Below the pieces are notes generated by a model, which made no database searches, was not told the DNA's origin, and saw nothing but the letters and a program-made list of their open reading frames with translations. 64,000 bases of DNA from Malacoraja senta (taxonomy: Eukaryota), in assembly GCA_038087875.1 (NCBI GenBank), contig CM075988.1, positions 13,082,001-13,146,000 on the forward strand. The letters run 5' to 3'. The position numbers and the translations under genes are program-made. Below are positions 27,131 through 39,239 of the stretch, one piece after another. Each line of letters begins with the position of its first letter. Position 1 is the first letter of the stretch.

Positions 27131-27699
27131 ATTGTGATATACTCTTCTGTTTTAATAGCTGACATATCTGACCACCTTAGAATATTAATATAGAAATACC
27201 ATTAATTGTGTTCTCACTAACACGTTAGGCTAGAAATGTTAATTTGTGATTTCAATGTTCGATTGTTCTCATTGACGTTAATTCATTCCATCCACAATGT
27301 GCTTACTCTCTGAAATGTGGATGGTCATATAGATGAATGCAATTCAGGCTGCTTCATGTATGATTCACATAGGCAAAATCTGGCAACTGAGCCTTCCTAT
27401 CAACAACTGGAGAGCTGTCCTAAGCTACCATCTACCTCATTGGAGACCCTTGGACTATTTTTGATTGAACTACTGGACTTTATCTTGCACTAAACATATT
27501 CACACTATTCCCTTTATCATGCATCTATCTGTACAGTGTGGATGGCTCGATTGTAATCATGTATTGTCGTTCTGCTGACTGGAAAGACCGTAGTGTAGAA
27601 TATCATTGATTTGCCAGGAGCCACAGTTGTTACAGGAGCCTGATTTTGCACATCACCCCTCTATAAATGAACGAATTATAAAAATATTGTGGTACTTAC

Positions 27700-28020
27700 T
27701 TTTCCAATCTGATGTCACGTATACTCTCACAGAAGATTCTTTGGCGCCATATGAATTGTAAGCTCTGCAGATATACTTTCCATTGAAGGAATCATCGATC
27801 TTCTCTTTCTGCAGAATTGAATGACTTAATCCAATAGTCAATTGTATCCTTTCAGTTTGCTCTCCTGATTTCATCCAGATGACCGTGGATATTGGATTAC
27901 TGTCCGTGGTACAATTTAGTTGAAGATACGACTGAGGTTCAACATAGATGATGTCTTGGAGCAGAGGCTGCAATTGATGCGCAATAGAATTCCTGTAATG
28001 TATTGCTGGCTGTGGACCAT
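27700..28020 (-). CDS. Ig C2/I-set exon (CD22/Siglec/CEACAM-like)
   Basis: 321 nt, phase 1-1, donor AAAA|gtaagt. YGPQP..LQLNCTTDSNPISTVIWMK..DDSFNGKYICRAYNSYGAKESSVRVYV. The C1 exon end AAT T plus AT GGT CCA gives LNVNYGP. The acceptor is a weak GAG, so the exact 5' boundary is less certain. Confidence 0.85.
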
Positions 28021-28659
28021 CTCAATCAGAACAGTGAAAAAGAAAAGGCATTAGTCACAAGGGCAGCTTCAACAAAGCTTCGAAAGTACCACCTGTCACC
28101 GCTTTGTATTTGCGCCTCATTTTTAATCTGTTATTTAAAATAGATTTTGTATATTTGAACTAACATTTTGATTAACAATAGTGAATGTTTTATAAAATTG
28201 TGGAGGTTATTTGGCCAATTACTCCAGTGTTGGCATAAAAGAGGAGTCCAGATTTTGCCCATACATTCCTTCATCACAAGAGTGAGGCCACGTACTAATT
28301 GAAAGAACAGCACCTTATGTTCTGCTTGGGTAGCTTACACCCCAATGGCATGACATTGAATTCTTCAATTCACAGTTATACTTTTCCTATGCCCTTTGGC
28401 CTAATGGGTGGCTTCAGAACCAACAAGGGCCATGAGAAGTGAATGCAAATCAGACTGGCAATTAATCGAAGAGTTGCCATGACAGTTCAAGATTTGATGG
28501 TTTGTTTGGATCAGTGGTGGTGAGGAAGGCTGCAAGCTTAATAGTTGACTGATAAGAAGTGCAATTGTATACAGTACTGTGTGAGTTTGTGACATTTGAA
28601 CATCCCTGTTAGATTTTAGCAATGTGCAGGTTAATATTTGGCCAATAACCTTTCTCAAT

Positions 28660-29015
28660 TTTCCCTTTCAAAACCCTTCATCAATCAAGAGAATTACTCA
28701 TTAAGAGGCAGATAAGGCTTTGTCCAATGTAATGTGCTGGATATGATTATCTCAATTTGGTCTCCACTACATTGGAGGAACCAAATGCAGATGTTGTGGT
28801 AGTTTTGATGAACACCTGCACTCAGTGGTCTCGTAGTGATCCCCAGCTTCCCAGTATTTCCCACTTTAATTCCCAATTATATTTCTATTCTGACCTGTGC
28901 ATCAGTGGCCTGCTCCACTCCCAGTAGTGATGCCTGACATAAACTAGAACAACATATTATCATCAGTTGAGGTACTTTTGCAATCTTCTGGAATGAATAT
29001 TACATTTTACAACTA
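28660..29015 (+). mobile_element. Penelope-like element GIY-YIG endonuclease remnant
   Basis: Degenerate SNVMCWI..GLHYIGGTK..FDEHLHSV..HFNS..DL..GLLH..KLEQHII..GMNI. Confidence 0.75.
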
Positions 29016-29184
29016 CAGATACTGCTCTCCTATTGTGTCCTTATGTTCCTTTCTCAAACAGCTTATTTGAACTTATTTGCTCCTTAATATCTGATCTGTC
29101 TTAAATTATCTCCATTGTCTTGCCCCTCATTCCTCCCTCCAGCTCTGCTTTGAAAACTGTAAACCCTGCACTCCAGTAGAGTTA

Positions 29185-29490
29185 CTGCAGCAGTAGAGTT
29201 GCTGCCTTACAATGGCAGAGATCCAGGTTCGATCCTGAAGTAGGGTGCTCTATACTGAATTTGTACGTCCTCTCCGTGGGTTTTCTCCGAGATCTGCAGT
29301 TTCCTCCCACACTCCAAAGATGTACAGATTTGTAGGTTGGCTTGATATAAATGTAAATTGTATAAATGTAAACTGTCCCTAATGTGTGTAGCATAGTGTT
29401 AACGTGTGGGGATAGCTGGTAGGCGTGGACTCGGTGGGTCGAAGGGCCTGTTTCCATGCTGTATTTCTAAACAAAACTAAACTAAACTCT
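29185..29490 (+). mobile_element. tRNA-derived V-SINE (HE1-like)
   Basis: gcagtagagttgctgcct..ggttcgatcc head, V-domain, (ctaaa)n tail. Confidence 0.8.
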
Positions 29491-29851
29491 CTCCAGCCTC
29501 TCCATTTCCAAGGAAGGGTCAATGAATCAAATTATTGTTTCTCTTTCATCTGGACTGGGTGAGTTCTTACAATATTTTGGTTCATGTTTCATGTTTCAAC
29601 ATCTGTAGTTTTATGTATTAACTTCCTTAACTTTCTTCATTCAACTTAGTAAAATTCCATCTTCTTCAATCTTTCTGCAAGAACTGCATTCCTAAATCAC
29701 TATAATTATTCAGACAAATGTTTTATCTCTCCTCTAGACCCTTGCTAAAATGGATAGCTAGAAACGTCCACCATGTTCCAGCTAACTCAACAATTGAGAT
29801 TGAGAAAAGCATTGTTGAAATTTGTTACCAGTTAGAAATATTTGCTATGTG

Positions 29852-32800
29852 TGTTAGGCGCTTCCCCCCCGGTGAATGCTATGTACTTACCTTTCTCTGT
29901 TTCTTTCCCGAGTGCAGGCCTTGTGGCTGTGTCTGGAATCAAAGGGTTAAAAGGCTCCTGTACCCGATTGGCCAAGCTGCGTCAGGTGACGGGTGACTCA
30001 TCTGAAGCTTAAATACCAGAGGCTCCCAGAATTCTCTCTCTTCTTCGTCAACCCTGACTTGTGAGCTGACTGCTGGAGTGAGCTGCGGAAGGCCTGGCCA
30101 CATGGCATAGAACTTTGTGTACTTTCACAATTACTTATTAACAAATATTGAATTGGGACGGATAAGGGCTGACCTTAGTGTTTTCGTGTATTTTGTTTTA
30201 GGGTTATATCTCTTTAGGCAGGTTTTAGAGTCTCCGGTTCGACGGTCCATCACGTGGCTGGCTGGAGCACTGTTAAATTGTTTGTTAGTCCATCCATATC
30301 CCTGACTGGGTTGTTTGAATCAGGTTTGGGTTTTGTGTTCCATTGAATAATTAAAACTATTTTTGAACTTGAACCTGGTTTTTGAATTATGTTACGCGGC
30401 TCTGAAGTACCTGCATTCGGGAGTCGTAACAATGTGACCCATGGACTATAAATCTTCGCAGGAATCAATAGGAGAGACAACATGCCTCATTGGGTGATGT
30501 TCCAGCCCATTGTCTCCAGCCATGCTGTTTGGTACATTTACAACGTTGCATAGCTATTAGCATGGATTACTCGCCAGGTAGGTCCCATTCAAAAAGTCAA
30601 TTAATTACAGACTGTTAACTCTCAATCATCAGCAATGTCCATGAATAGCAATAGTGGCATTGTTATCCTGTGGAACTTGCTCACTTGTAGCCTACACCCT
30701 AGTGCTTAGTTTGGATTTTGAGAGAACCACTTCACTTCACACCACATCCTGGCCAAATTGTCTAAGACTACAAGATCCAGAAGACCTTCACCACAGTCAA
30801 TTAAGCTGCATTTCAGACTGAGAAATCAAGGTGAGAGGACAGTTTACTGATGTATCCATTTCTGACATTACCTAGTTATTTAAAAGGCTAGGTGAAATAC
30901 TTAGAACTTAGCCCACGTCTGGTAGATCCATGGTACGTAATTGGAAATTGTATTGAAAGAGCATAAAATGAACATACTTACAATTAACGTTGAGTGTTAT
31001 GTGTTGCATTATCCACTCTTTGCTTGTTGTATGAAGCCTCCTGGTGACTAAGGCTTCTGGTGACTAAGGAAGTCTGTGTTGTGAGGGAAATATTTCTTCC
31101 CTGTTTGTGGTAGCATTGGTGCCCAGGGTTTAACTGGTGGTTTGGTGCTACATTTGATATGGAGTCTAAAGGGAAGGACTTTATTGAGGCTCCTAGTCGG
31201 GAGTTGTTTGATAGATGTACGAAGGAGCATTTGATTTTTCTGGCAGAGAACTATGAAGTGCCTATTAACCCACATTCAAAGAAACAGTCCATTAAATCGG
31301 TGTTGTGGGCTGCGTTGGTGGAGGGTGGGGTTTTGCCTGGCTGTGCAGACAGTCCCACACCTTCTGTTCAGCCTGGTCAGGACATGGAGGCAGTCATTAG
31401 GTTGAAGGAGTTAGAACTCAAAAGAGCAGAGATTCAGCTGCGTGAGGCAGATATTAGGCTGCGGGAGAAGGAATTGGATGCCTCCCGGGTTTCTTCTAGG
31501 GAACGGGAGTTTGATATGAGCAAGAACATCCGCCTGGTTCCCCCCTTTAGTGAGAAGGATGTGGACAAGTTTTTCACAGTGTTTGAACGGGTGGCTTTGT
31601 CCTTGAAGTGGCCTAGGGACATGTGGACCTTGCTATTGCAGTGTGTCCTTGTGGGTAAAGCACGGGAGGTGTACTCGTCTTTGTCTGTTGAAAGCAGTCT
31701 GGACTATGAGTGTGTGAAGTCTACAGTATTAAGGGCTTATGAATTAGTTCCAGAGGCGTACCTGAGGTGCCTGAGTCTGATGAGTGTAGGAATTATTCTG
31801 CGTACATCATGAATGGTTTTGTTTCTCTGGAGGATGGGAGTGATAGAGTTCCAGTATCCATCTTGCGTGATACTGGTGCTACTCAGTCCTTTATATTGGA
31901 GAGTGTACTGCCGTTTTCTGGGGAATCATCGGTTGGGTCAAGTGTCCCTGTGGTAGGATTCGGGATGGATGGCATGGTAGTGCCTTTGCATACCGTGAGT
32001 CTCGAGTCCGAGTTGGTTTCAGGCCGGGTAACTGTTGGGTTACGGCCGTGTTTTCCCGTTGGGGGAGTTTCTGTAATTTTGGGGAATGACTTTGCAGGAG
32101 GTAGAGTTTTAGTTACTCCTGAGGTGACGGCTGTTCCGATGGTGCAGAGTCCTGATAGATTGGCTATGCAGCATCCGAGGGTCTTTGCAGCTTGTGCTGT
32201 CACGAGGGCTATGGCTAAGAGCCAGGCGAAGTTTGGGGATGTAGTGGACCTGAGTGAGAGCATTTTTGGGGATCAGGATGATGGATCCTGTGTTGTGAAG
32301 GGTGTTTCTACATCTCAAGATGGGATAGTGTCTGAAAATGGGCCGGTGTCGCTGTCACGTGACCGGCTGGTTGAGGAGCAAAAGAGTGATCCAGGTTTAT
32401 CTGATCTGTTCGACTGCGCGGTGCCTGAGGGGGATATGGATTCCACAGCAAAGGGGTATTTTCTAAGGGAGGGCTTACTGATGCGAAAGTGGTCTCCCTT
32501 GGATATATCTGGGCATGATGATTGGAGTGTGGTTGATCAGATTGTGATACCTCGTCGATACTCTGTTTGGCTCATGATGGTCCTCTGGGTGGACATTTGG
32601 GGGTCAATAAGACGTATGACCGTATCTTACGGAATTTATTTTGGCCAGGGTTGAAAAAGGACGTGAAACAGCAGTGCAGGTGTTGTCACATTTGCCAGGT
32701 GGCAGGAAAGCCAAACCAATCGATTGTTCCTGCGCCTTTATATCCAATCCCTGTGGTCGGTGAGCCGTTTGAGCGGATTTTAGTTGATTGTGTGGGTCCT

Positions 32801-35800
32801 CTACCTCGGACAAAGGTAGGCAACAAGTTTTTATTGACAATTATGTGTGCGTCTACCCGCTTTCCGGAGGTTGTCCCTTTGCGTAGAATTACTGCCCCTA
32901 CCATTGTGAAGCCTCTCACTAAGTTTTTTTCGTTGTTCGGTTTGCCCAAAGTTGTGCAGAGTGACCAAGGTTCCAACTTCATGTCGAAGGTTTTTGGTCA
33001 GGTAATGAAGTTGTTAGATATTAAGCATTGTTACTCCAGTGCGTATCACCCTGAGAGCCAGGGAACTCTCGAGAGGTTTCACCAGACTTTGAAATCTATG
33101 TTGAGGACTTACTGCCTGGAGTTTGAAAAAGACTGGGATGAGGGGGTTCATCTAGTTATGTTTGCGGTGCGTGAGGTCGTGCAGGAGTCTTTAGGGTTCA
33201 GTCCTGCTGACCTGGTGTTCGCGCATACTGTACGTGGTCCGTTGAGGGTCCTAAAGGAGAAATGGTTGCAGGAGGATACAAAACGTAGTATTTTAGACCA
33301 CGTCTGTACCTTTCGGTCTAGACTGAAGAGGGCATGCGAACTGGCAATGGGTAATCTTGCTTCTGCTCAGTCTAGGATGAAGGGGTGGTTCGACAGGAAG
33401 GCTTCTAGTAGGAATTTTTCTCCAGGTGACAAGGTCCTGGTGTTGTTGCCTATTCCGGGTTCCAGTCTGCAGGCTCGGTATAGCGGTCTCTATCAGGTGG
33501 TTAAGAAGGTTGGTGAAAGGGATTATGTTATTAGTACCCCTGATCGAAGGCGTAAGACTCAGCTCTGTCATGTCAACATGATGAAGCAGTACCATGAGCA
33601 GGAGCCTGTGGAGGTTGATGGGGAGGTGCTGTGTCCTTCGGTTTCATCTAAGCCTGTTTTGGCAGTAGCAGTGCTGCCCCCTGACACGGGTGGTGATGTG
33701 GGTGAGGCACGGTTGTCTGTGGCAGTGACGCAGGGAAGGCTGTGTAACTCTGAGGCTTTGGAGTCGCTTCCCTTGCGGTTGTCGCATTTGACTGAAAGTC
33801 AGCGGAGTGATCTGCTTGCTTTGGTGGAGTCAAATGGGTCACTGTTCTCGGATGTGCCTTCTCAGACGTCTGTGCTGCAGCATGACATTGACGTGGCCGG
33901 TGCTGCGCCAATTAAACAGCATCCGTATCGGGTCAACCCTGACAGGCGTCATCGTCTAGGGAGTCAGGTTGAATATATGCTGCGGCATGGCATTGCTGAA
34001 CCTAGTTGTAGTCCGTGGAGTTCTCCGTGTCTACTGGCTACGAAGGCTAATGGGGAGGACAGGTTTTGCACGGAATTTCGGAAAGTGAATGGTGTAACTA
34101 AGCCGGATTGCTATCCTCTCCCACGAATGGAGGATTGCGTGGATCGTGTGGGAAGTGCATCTTTTGTGTCTAAGTTGGACTTGTTAAAAGGGTATTGGCA
34201 AGTTCCTTTGACTAGGTGGGCGAGGGAGATCTCTGCGTTCATTACGCCTGATAACTTTCTGCAGTACACAGTAATGGCATTTGGGATGCGCAATGCGCCG
34301 GCAACCTTCCAACGGTTGGTGAACATTGTATTGTCTGGTTTGTCCTTCTGTGAGGCATACCTTGATGATTTGGTTGTGTGCTCCAGGTCGTGGATCGAAC
34401 ACATCGGTCATCTGAAGGAGGTATTTGATCGTCTAGCGGAGGCGAAACTAACGATCAATCTGGGGAAGTGTGAGTTTGGCCAGGCCACGGTAACGTATCT
34501 GGGTAAGGTGGTGGGCCGGGGTCAGGTTCGCACTCTCAAGGAAAAGGTGGGGCATATTGTCGCATTTCCTGCTCCAACCTCGAGGACTGAACTCCGTAGG
34601 TATCTGGCTATGGTTGGGTACTATAGAGGGTTCTGTCCAAACCTCTCTGCGGTGGCTGCCCCTTTGACGGATTTGCTGAGTCCGAAGGTAGCTTTTGTGT
34701 GGTCCGCAGAGTGTCAACAAGCCTTTGATCAGACTAAAAGTCTTCTGGTGCGCGCACCCGTGCTTGCGGCACCTGATTTTGAGCGTCCATTTAAGCTGGC
34801 AGTGGATGCTAGTGATCGTGGGGTTGGGGGAGTTCTTCTACAGGATGATTCAGATGGGGTGGAGCATCCAGTTTCGTACTTCTCTAAGAAGTTTAATCGT
34901 CATCAGAAGTGGTACTCCACCATTGAGAAAGAAGCCCTTGCTATTTTAATGTCTCTGAATCATTTCGAGGTTTATGTTGGTTCCTCGAATGTCCCTGTCA
35001 TCGTACTCACGGATCATAATCCGTTGGTATTTTTGCATAGTATGAAGAATAAGAACCGGTGGTTAATGAGCTGGAGTTTGCAGCTGCAAGACTACAACCT
35101 GGAGGTCTGGCATATCCGTGGCAAGGATAATGTCTTGGCTGACGCCTTGTCGCGCCAGTAGAGTTTTAGCTCCTGAATAGTTTCTGGGATTTGGTGGTGT
35201 TTTTTCTCTCTTCTTCCGAAACTTATTCAGTATCTTTGGGGGGGGGGGGGTGTTAGGTGCTTCCCCCCCACTGGTGAATGCTATGTACTTACCTTTCTCT
35301 GTTTCTTTCCCGAGTGCAGGCCTTGTGGCTGTGAGTCTGGAATCAAAGTGTTAAAAGGCTCCTGTACCCGATTGGCCAAGCTGCGTCAGGTGACGGGTGA
35401 CTCATCTGAAGCTTAAATACCAGAGGCTCCCAGAATTCTCTCTCTTTTTCGTCGACCCTGACTTGTGAGCTGACTGCTGGAGTGAGCTGCGGAAGGCCTG
35501 GCCACATGGCATAGAACTTTGTGTACTTTCACAATTACTTATTAACAAATATTGAATTGGGACGGATAAGGGCTGACCTTAGTGTTTTCGTGTATTTTGT
35601 TTCAGGGTTATATCTCTTTAGGCAGGTTTTAGAGTCTCCGGTTCGACGGTCCATCACGTGGCTGGCTGGAGCACTGTTAAATTGTTTGTTAGTCCATCCA
35701 TATCCCTGACTGGGTTGTTTGAATCAGGGTTGGGTTTTGTGTTCCATTGAATAATTAAAACTATTTTTGAACTTGAACCTGGTTTTTGAAGTATGTTACG

Positions 35801-35835
35801 CGGCTCTGAAGTACCTGCATTCGGGAGTCGTCACA
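29852..35835 (+). mobile_element. Gypsy LTR retrotransposon of Gmr1-type domain order (gag-PR-IN-RT-RH), rearranged
   Basis: LTRs 29852-30431 and 35251-35835 (TG..CA); polypurine tract 35238-35250; ATGTG TSD; gag 31159 to about 31770 (truncated); protease ILRDTGA; ORF 32567-35161 has the integrase (HxxxxH/CxxC, DCVGP, SDQG, YHPESQG) before RT (YLDD) and RNase H. Confidence 0.95.
30432..31036. repeat. ~605-bp host duplication (second copy 35836-36441) including the last 55 nt and donor of the C1 exon
   Basis: Near-identical sequence follows both LTRs, with roughly ten substitutions or indels read by eye. Confidence 0.95.
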
Positions 35836-36386
35836 ATGTGACCCATGGACTATAAATCTTCGCAGGAATCAATAGGAGAGACAACATGCCTCATTGGGTG
35901 ATGTTCTATCCCATTGTCTCCAGCCATACTGTTTTGGTACATTTACAACGTTGCATAGCTATTAGCATGGATTACCCACCAGGTAGGTCCCATTCAAAAA
36001 GTCAATTAATTACAGACTGTTAACTCTCAAACATCAGCAATGTCCATGAATAGCAATGGTGGCATTGTTATCCTGTGGAACTTGCTCACTTGTAGCCTAC
36101 ACCCTAGTGCTTAGTTTGGATTTTGAGAGAACCACTTCACTTCACACCACATCCTGGCCAAATTGTCTAAGACTACAAGATCCAGAAGACCTTCACCACA
36201 GTCAATTAAGCTGCATTTCAGACTGAGAAATCAAGGTGAGAGGACAGTTTACTGATGTATCCATTTCTGACATTACCTAGTTATTTAAAAGGCTAGGTGA
36301 AATACTTAGAACTTAGCCCACGTCTGGTAGATCCATGGTACGTAATTGGAAATTGTAATGAAAGAGCATAAAATGAACATACTTAC

Positions 36387-36713
36387 AATTAACGTTGAGT
36401 GTTATGTGTTGCATTATCCACTCTTTGCTTGTTGTATGAAGGACCTGACAAGTACAAACTGTCCTGTGGTCTTGCAAGGTTGGAGTAAAACTAATTTGAC
36501 TTGTTGCGTTAAATGTGCCATCAGAGTTCCTGGAGGGGGAGAGTTTTGTGGTAATATTAACAGCTGATTTTGTAGCTTGAGTGTTGTGAGGATGTTGCCA
36601 TTGCATTGTGATGTTCTCAGGATAAAATCCCCACGCATGGCAGTACAAAACAGATGCTTTCTCTGCTATTAAATCTCCCTGAGTCATTCGAATTTTTGGT
36701 GTAGATTCTGGGA
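36387..36713 (-). CDS. Ig C1-set exon (B7-H6/SIRP/tapasin-like C1)
   Basis: Acceptor ttatttgttacag|TC and donor AATT|gtaagt; 327 nt, phase 1-1. LYCHAWGFYPENITMQW..SRNSDGTFNATSQISFTP..CTCQVLH matches C1-set CxxxGFYP, NxDGTF and CxVxH motifs. Joins the V exon in frame (..QVY-VPE..). Confidence 0.9.
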
Positions 36714-36826
36714 CTGTAACAAATAACATGAAACAAAGTTATGTTGCGCTATATACTTACATACTTATCCTTTCGTGCTAAATAAAAAACACAAAGCATG
36801 TTAATTAGCATTTATCCACTTAAGGT

Positions 36827-36910
36827 ATATAGGTCTGAAGAAGGGTCTTGACCTGAAACGTCACGCATTCCTTCTCTCCAGAGATGCTGCCTGTCCCCTT
36901 GTGTTACTTC
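36827..36910 (+). ncRNA. Minimal type I hammerhead-ribozyme-like motif in a pLTR-like repeat
   Basis: aggt-CTGAAGA-a-GGGTC tt GACCT-GAAA-C-GTC-ac: CUGANGA and GAAA cores, 5-bp stem II, palindromic ACGT helix III and a GUC cleavage triplet. Confidence 0.55.
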
Positions 36911-38703
36911 AGCATTGTGTATCTATCTTTAATGTAAAAAGCAATTCCACTTCAGTAAGTGTGAATCAGAAATATTATTTTTTCCTGGTGATAACCAATG
37001 TCTTGTAGACCCGCACAAAGGCCTTCCCATGAGTGTTATAAATTGTATTGTTAATTGTTAGCTTGGATACATTTTGACAAATTTTGCATGACCTACTCTG
37101 CTTAGGCCCCCTTCGGTCATGGCTGACTATGGGTGTCTCCAGAATGTTATTCCCTATATGGAGGATGCCTGTGCATGACTTTGTTTAATGTGGGGAGACT
37201 GGTGCACAGACAGCCACCCCACAGTCCTCGACAGATCTGGGTCAGGATCCAGTGGCATGGAGTCCAAGATGACTGGAGACCCTTTTCTACTGCAGCCTTC
37301 ATCCACCTTCCCAGCCGATTTGACGCTCCACAAAGGTCAGCCATCATCCTCCGCCTGTTCCACAGTTGAGGTCTTGGTTGGATTGCTCTTTTCCCACTAT
37401 TGTTTTTGATATTATCGATATTAAGCCAAAGACCTCAGGGCATATGTAGGAAGGAACTGCAGATGCTGGTTTAAACTGAAGATAGAAACAAAAAGCTGGA
37501 GTAACTCAGTGGGTCAGACTGCATCTCTGGAGAAGGAACAGGTGATGTTTCAGGTCTTGACCTCTCAGGACATCTTACCCTATTCACCATTCAGTTGTGA
37601 GTACTGAGGGGAGAAGCAAACAGAACCAAGATCCTTTACGTCATGGGTCGGTCAACTGTTCAGGAGAGGGGGAGTAGAGTAGGGCCAAGGAAGGAATAAT
37701 TGTCGGGATCTCTATAGGAAGCAGAACAAATTGACAGTGATCCATTTTTCCAGAACAAATAATAGAGAGTAGTTATGCAGGAATAGACAGAGTACAAGTT
37801 ATACATTTAACCTGTTTAGTGCCACCCCCGTGTATACTTGGGTCATTGGGCAAAAGTGAAAAAAATCTTGGCAGTGAACAGGTTAAACAGAGGTGCATTT
37901 AACATCAGATATGGATTTAACAATTGTTGGTGACCTGAAAGACCAACTGAACACCCAGGATTATAATGTGACAAGGAAATCAGAGATCTGTCCTAAAAGA
38001 AAGTGTAAAATTCTTGGATGAAGATACTGCAGAAAGATGAGGAAGGGAAGACAAGAAGGGAAGGTACACAAAAATGCTGGAGAAACTCAGCGGGTGCAGC
38101 AGCATCTATGGAGCGAAGGAAATAGGCAACGTTTCGGGCCGAAACCCTTCTTCCGACTAGATGTGGCAATATTGATGAAGGGGGTCAGTGCATTGCAGGA
38201 GAGAGAGAGAATAATCTGCCAAAGAGAAGAGAAACATGTAACGACCATGGTAATAATCTTTCAAACTTTGTAGATTAAGCAGTGATGACTGAGGATTTTG
38301 GAGGCGGTTATAGAGTTATAGTGCTGTACAAAATGGAAATAAGCCCTTTGGCCCACCATACCCATTCCCGACAAAGTTAGGATTTGGATCTAGTCCCATT
38401 TGCCTGCAGCTTACAACCTAATTGTATGTGCACATAGGTATCTAACCTACAAACTACTAAATTATTCAGTAGATTACAGAATATAAATTTAACCTAAACA
38501 AGTATTGAAATATAGGCAATCCAAATATTTGGAAGAGTTGTATTTTAACAATTGTAAAACCAGCTAATAGAGTCATACAGCGTGGAAACAGGCCCTTCGG
38601 CCCAACTTGCCCAAGCTGACCTATATGCCCCATCTACACTAGTACCACCTGCCTGCGCTTGGCCATTAACCCTCTAAACCCATCCTATCCATCCTGCCAA
38701 TAC

Positions 38704-38763
38704 TTGGAGCAGATAATAACAATGAAGGAAGCACAACATTAATTTCAGTGATAGTCTTCATAC
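38704..38763 (-). CDS. Paralogous short hydrophobic exon-like segment between V and C1
   Basis: ttag|GT ATG AAG..GCT CCA A|gtattg; 60 nt; MKTITEINVVLPSLLLSAP. Homologous to 40580-40648 and differs by an in-frame 9-nt indel. Confidence 0.3.
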
Positions 38764-39239
38764 CTAACCTATGATTATTTGCATTAAAACTGCAGATGCT
38801 GGAGATCTGAGTTGAAAATAAAAATATTGCAAACTCTGAGCTGATCAGGCAGAATCTGTGGGAAAATATACTTTAATTGTTTCTCTTAACACAGTTGTAA
38901 CCTATGCTGCTCAGTGTTTCTACCTTTCTCCAACTTTATTTTATGATCCCTTTACCTTGGCTACGTAACCGCACAGACTACATTTGACAGAAAATTCCAC
39001 AATCAACATTGGTAAATTACTTATTATTCTTTTTGGTTGCAATGAATTACAATTAATTAGCCTGACTTCCCATGGTGTGTGTTATTAATCTATATCAGTG
39101 GTAATGTGGTATGATATGTAAGTATAATCAATACACATATTATATGAACTGCATTTCTGCAGAATTATATAAATACTTTACCATAAACCTGTATAGAGTG
39201 CAGAGACTGAAGATCATCATAGTATTACAAATACTTTAC

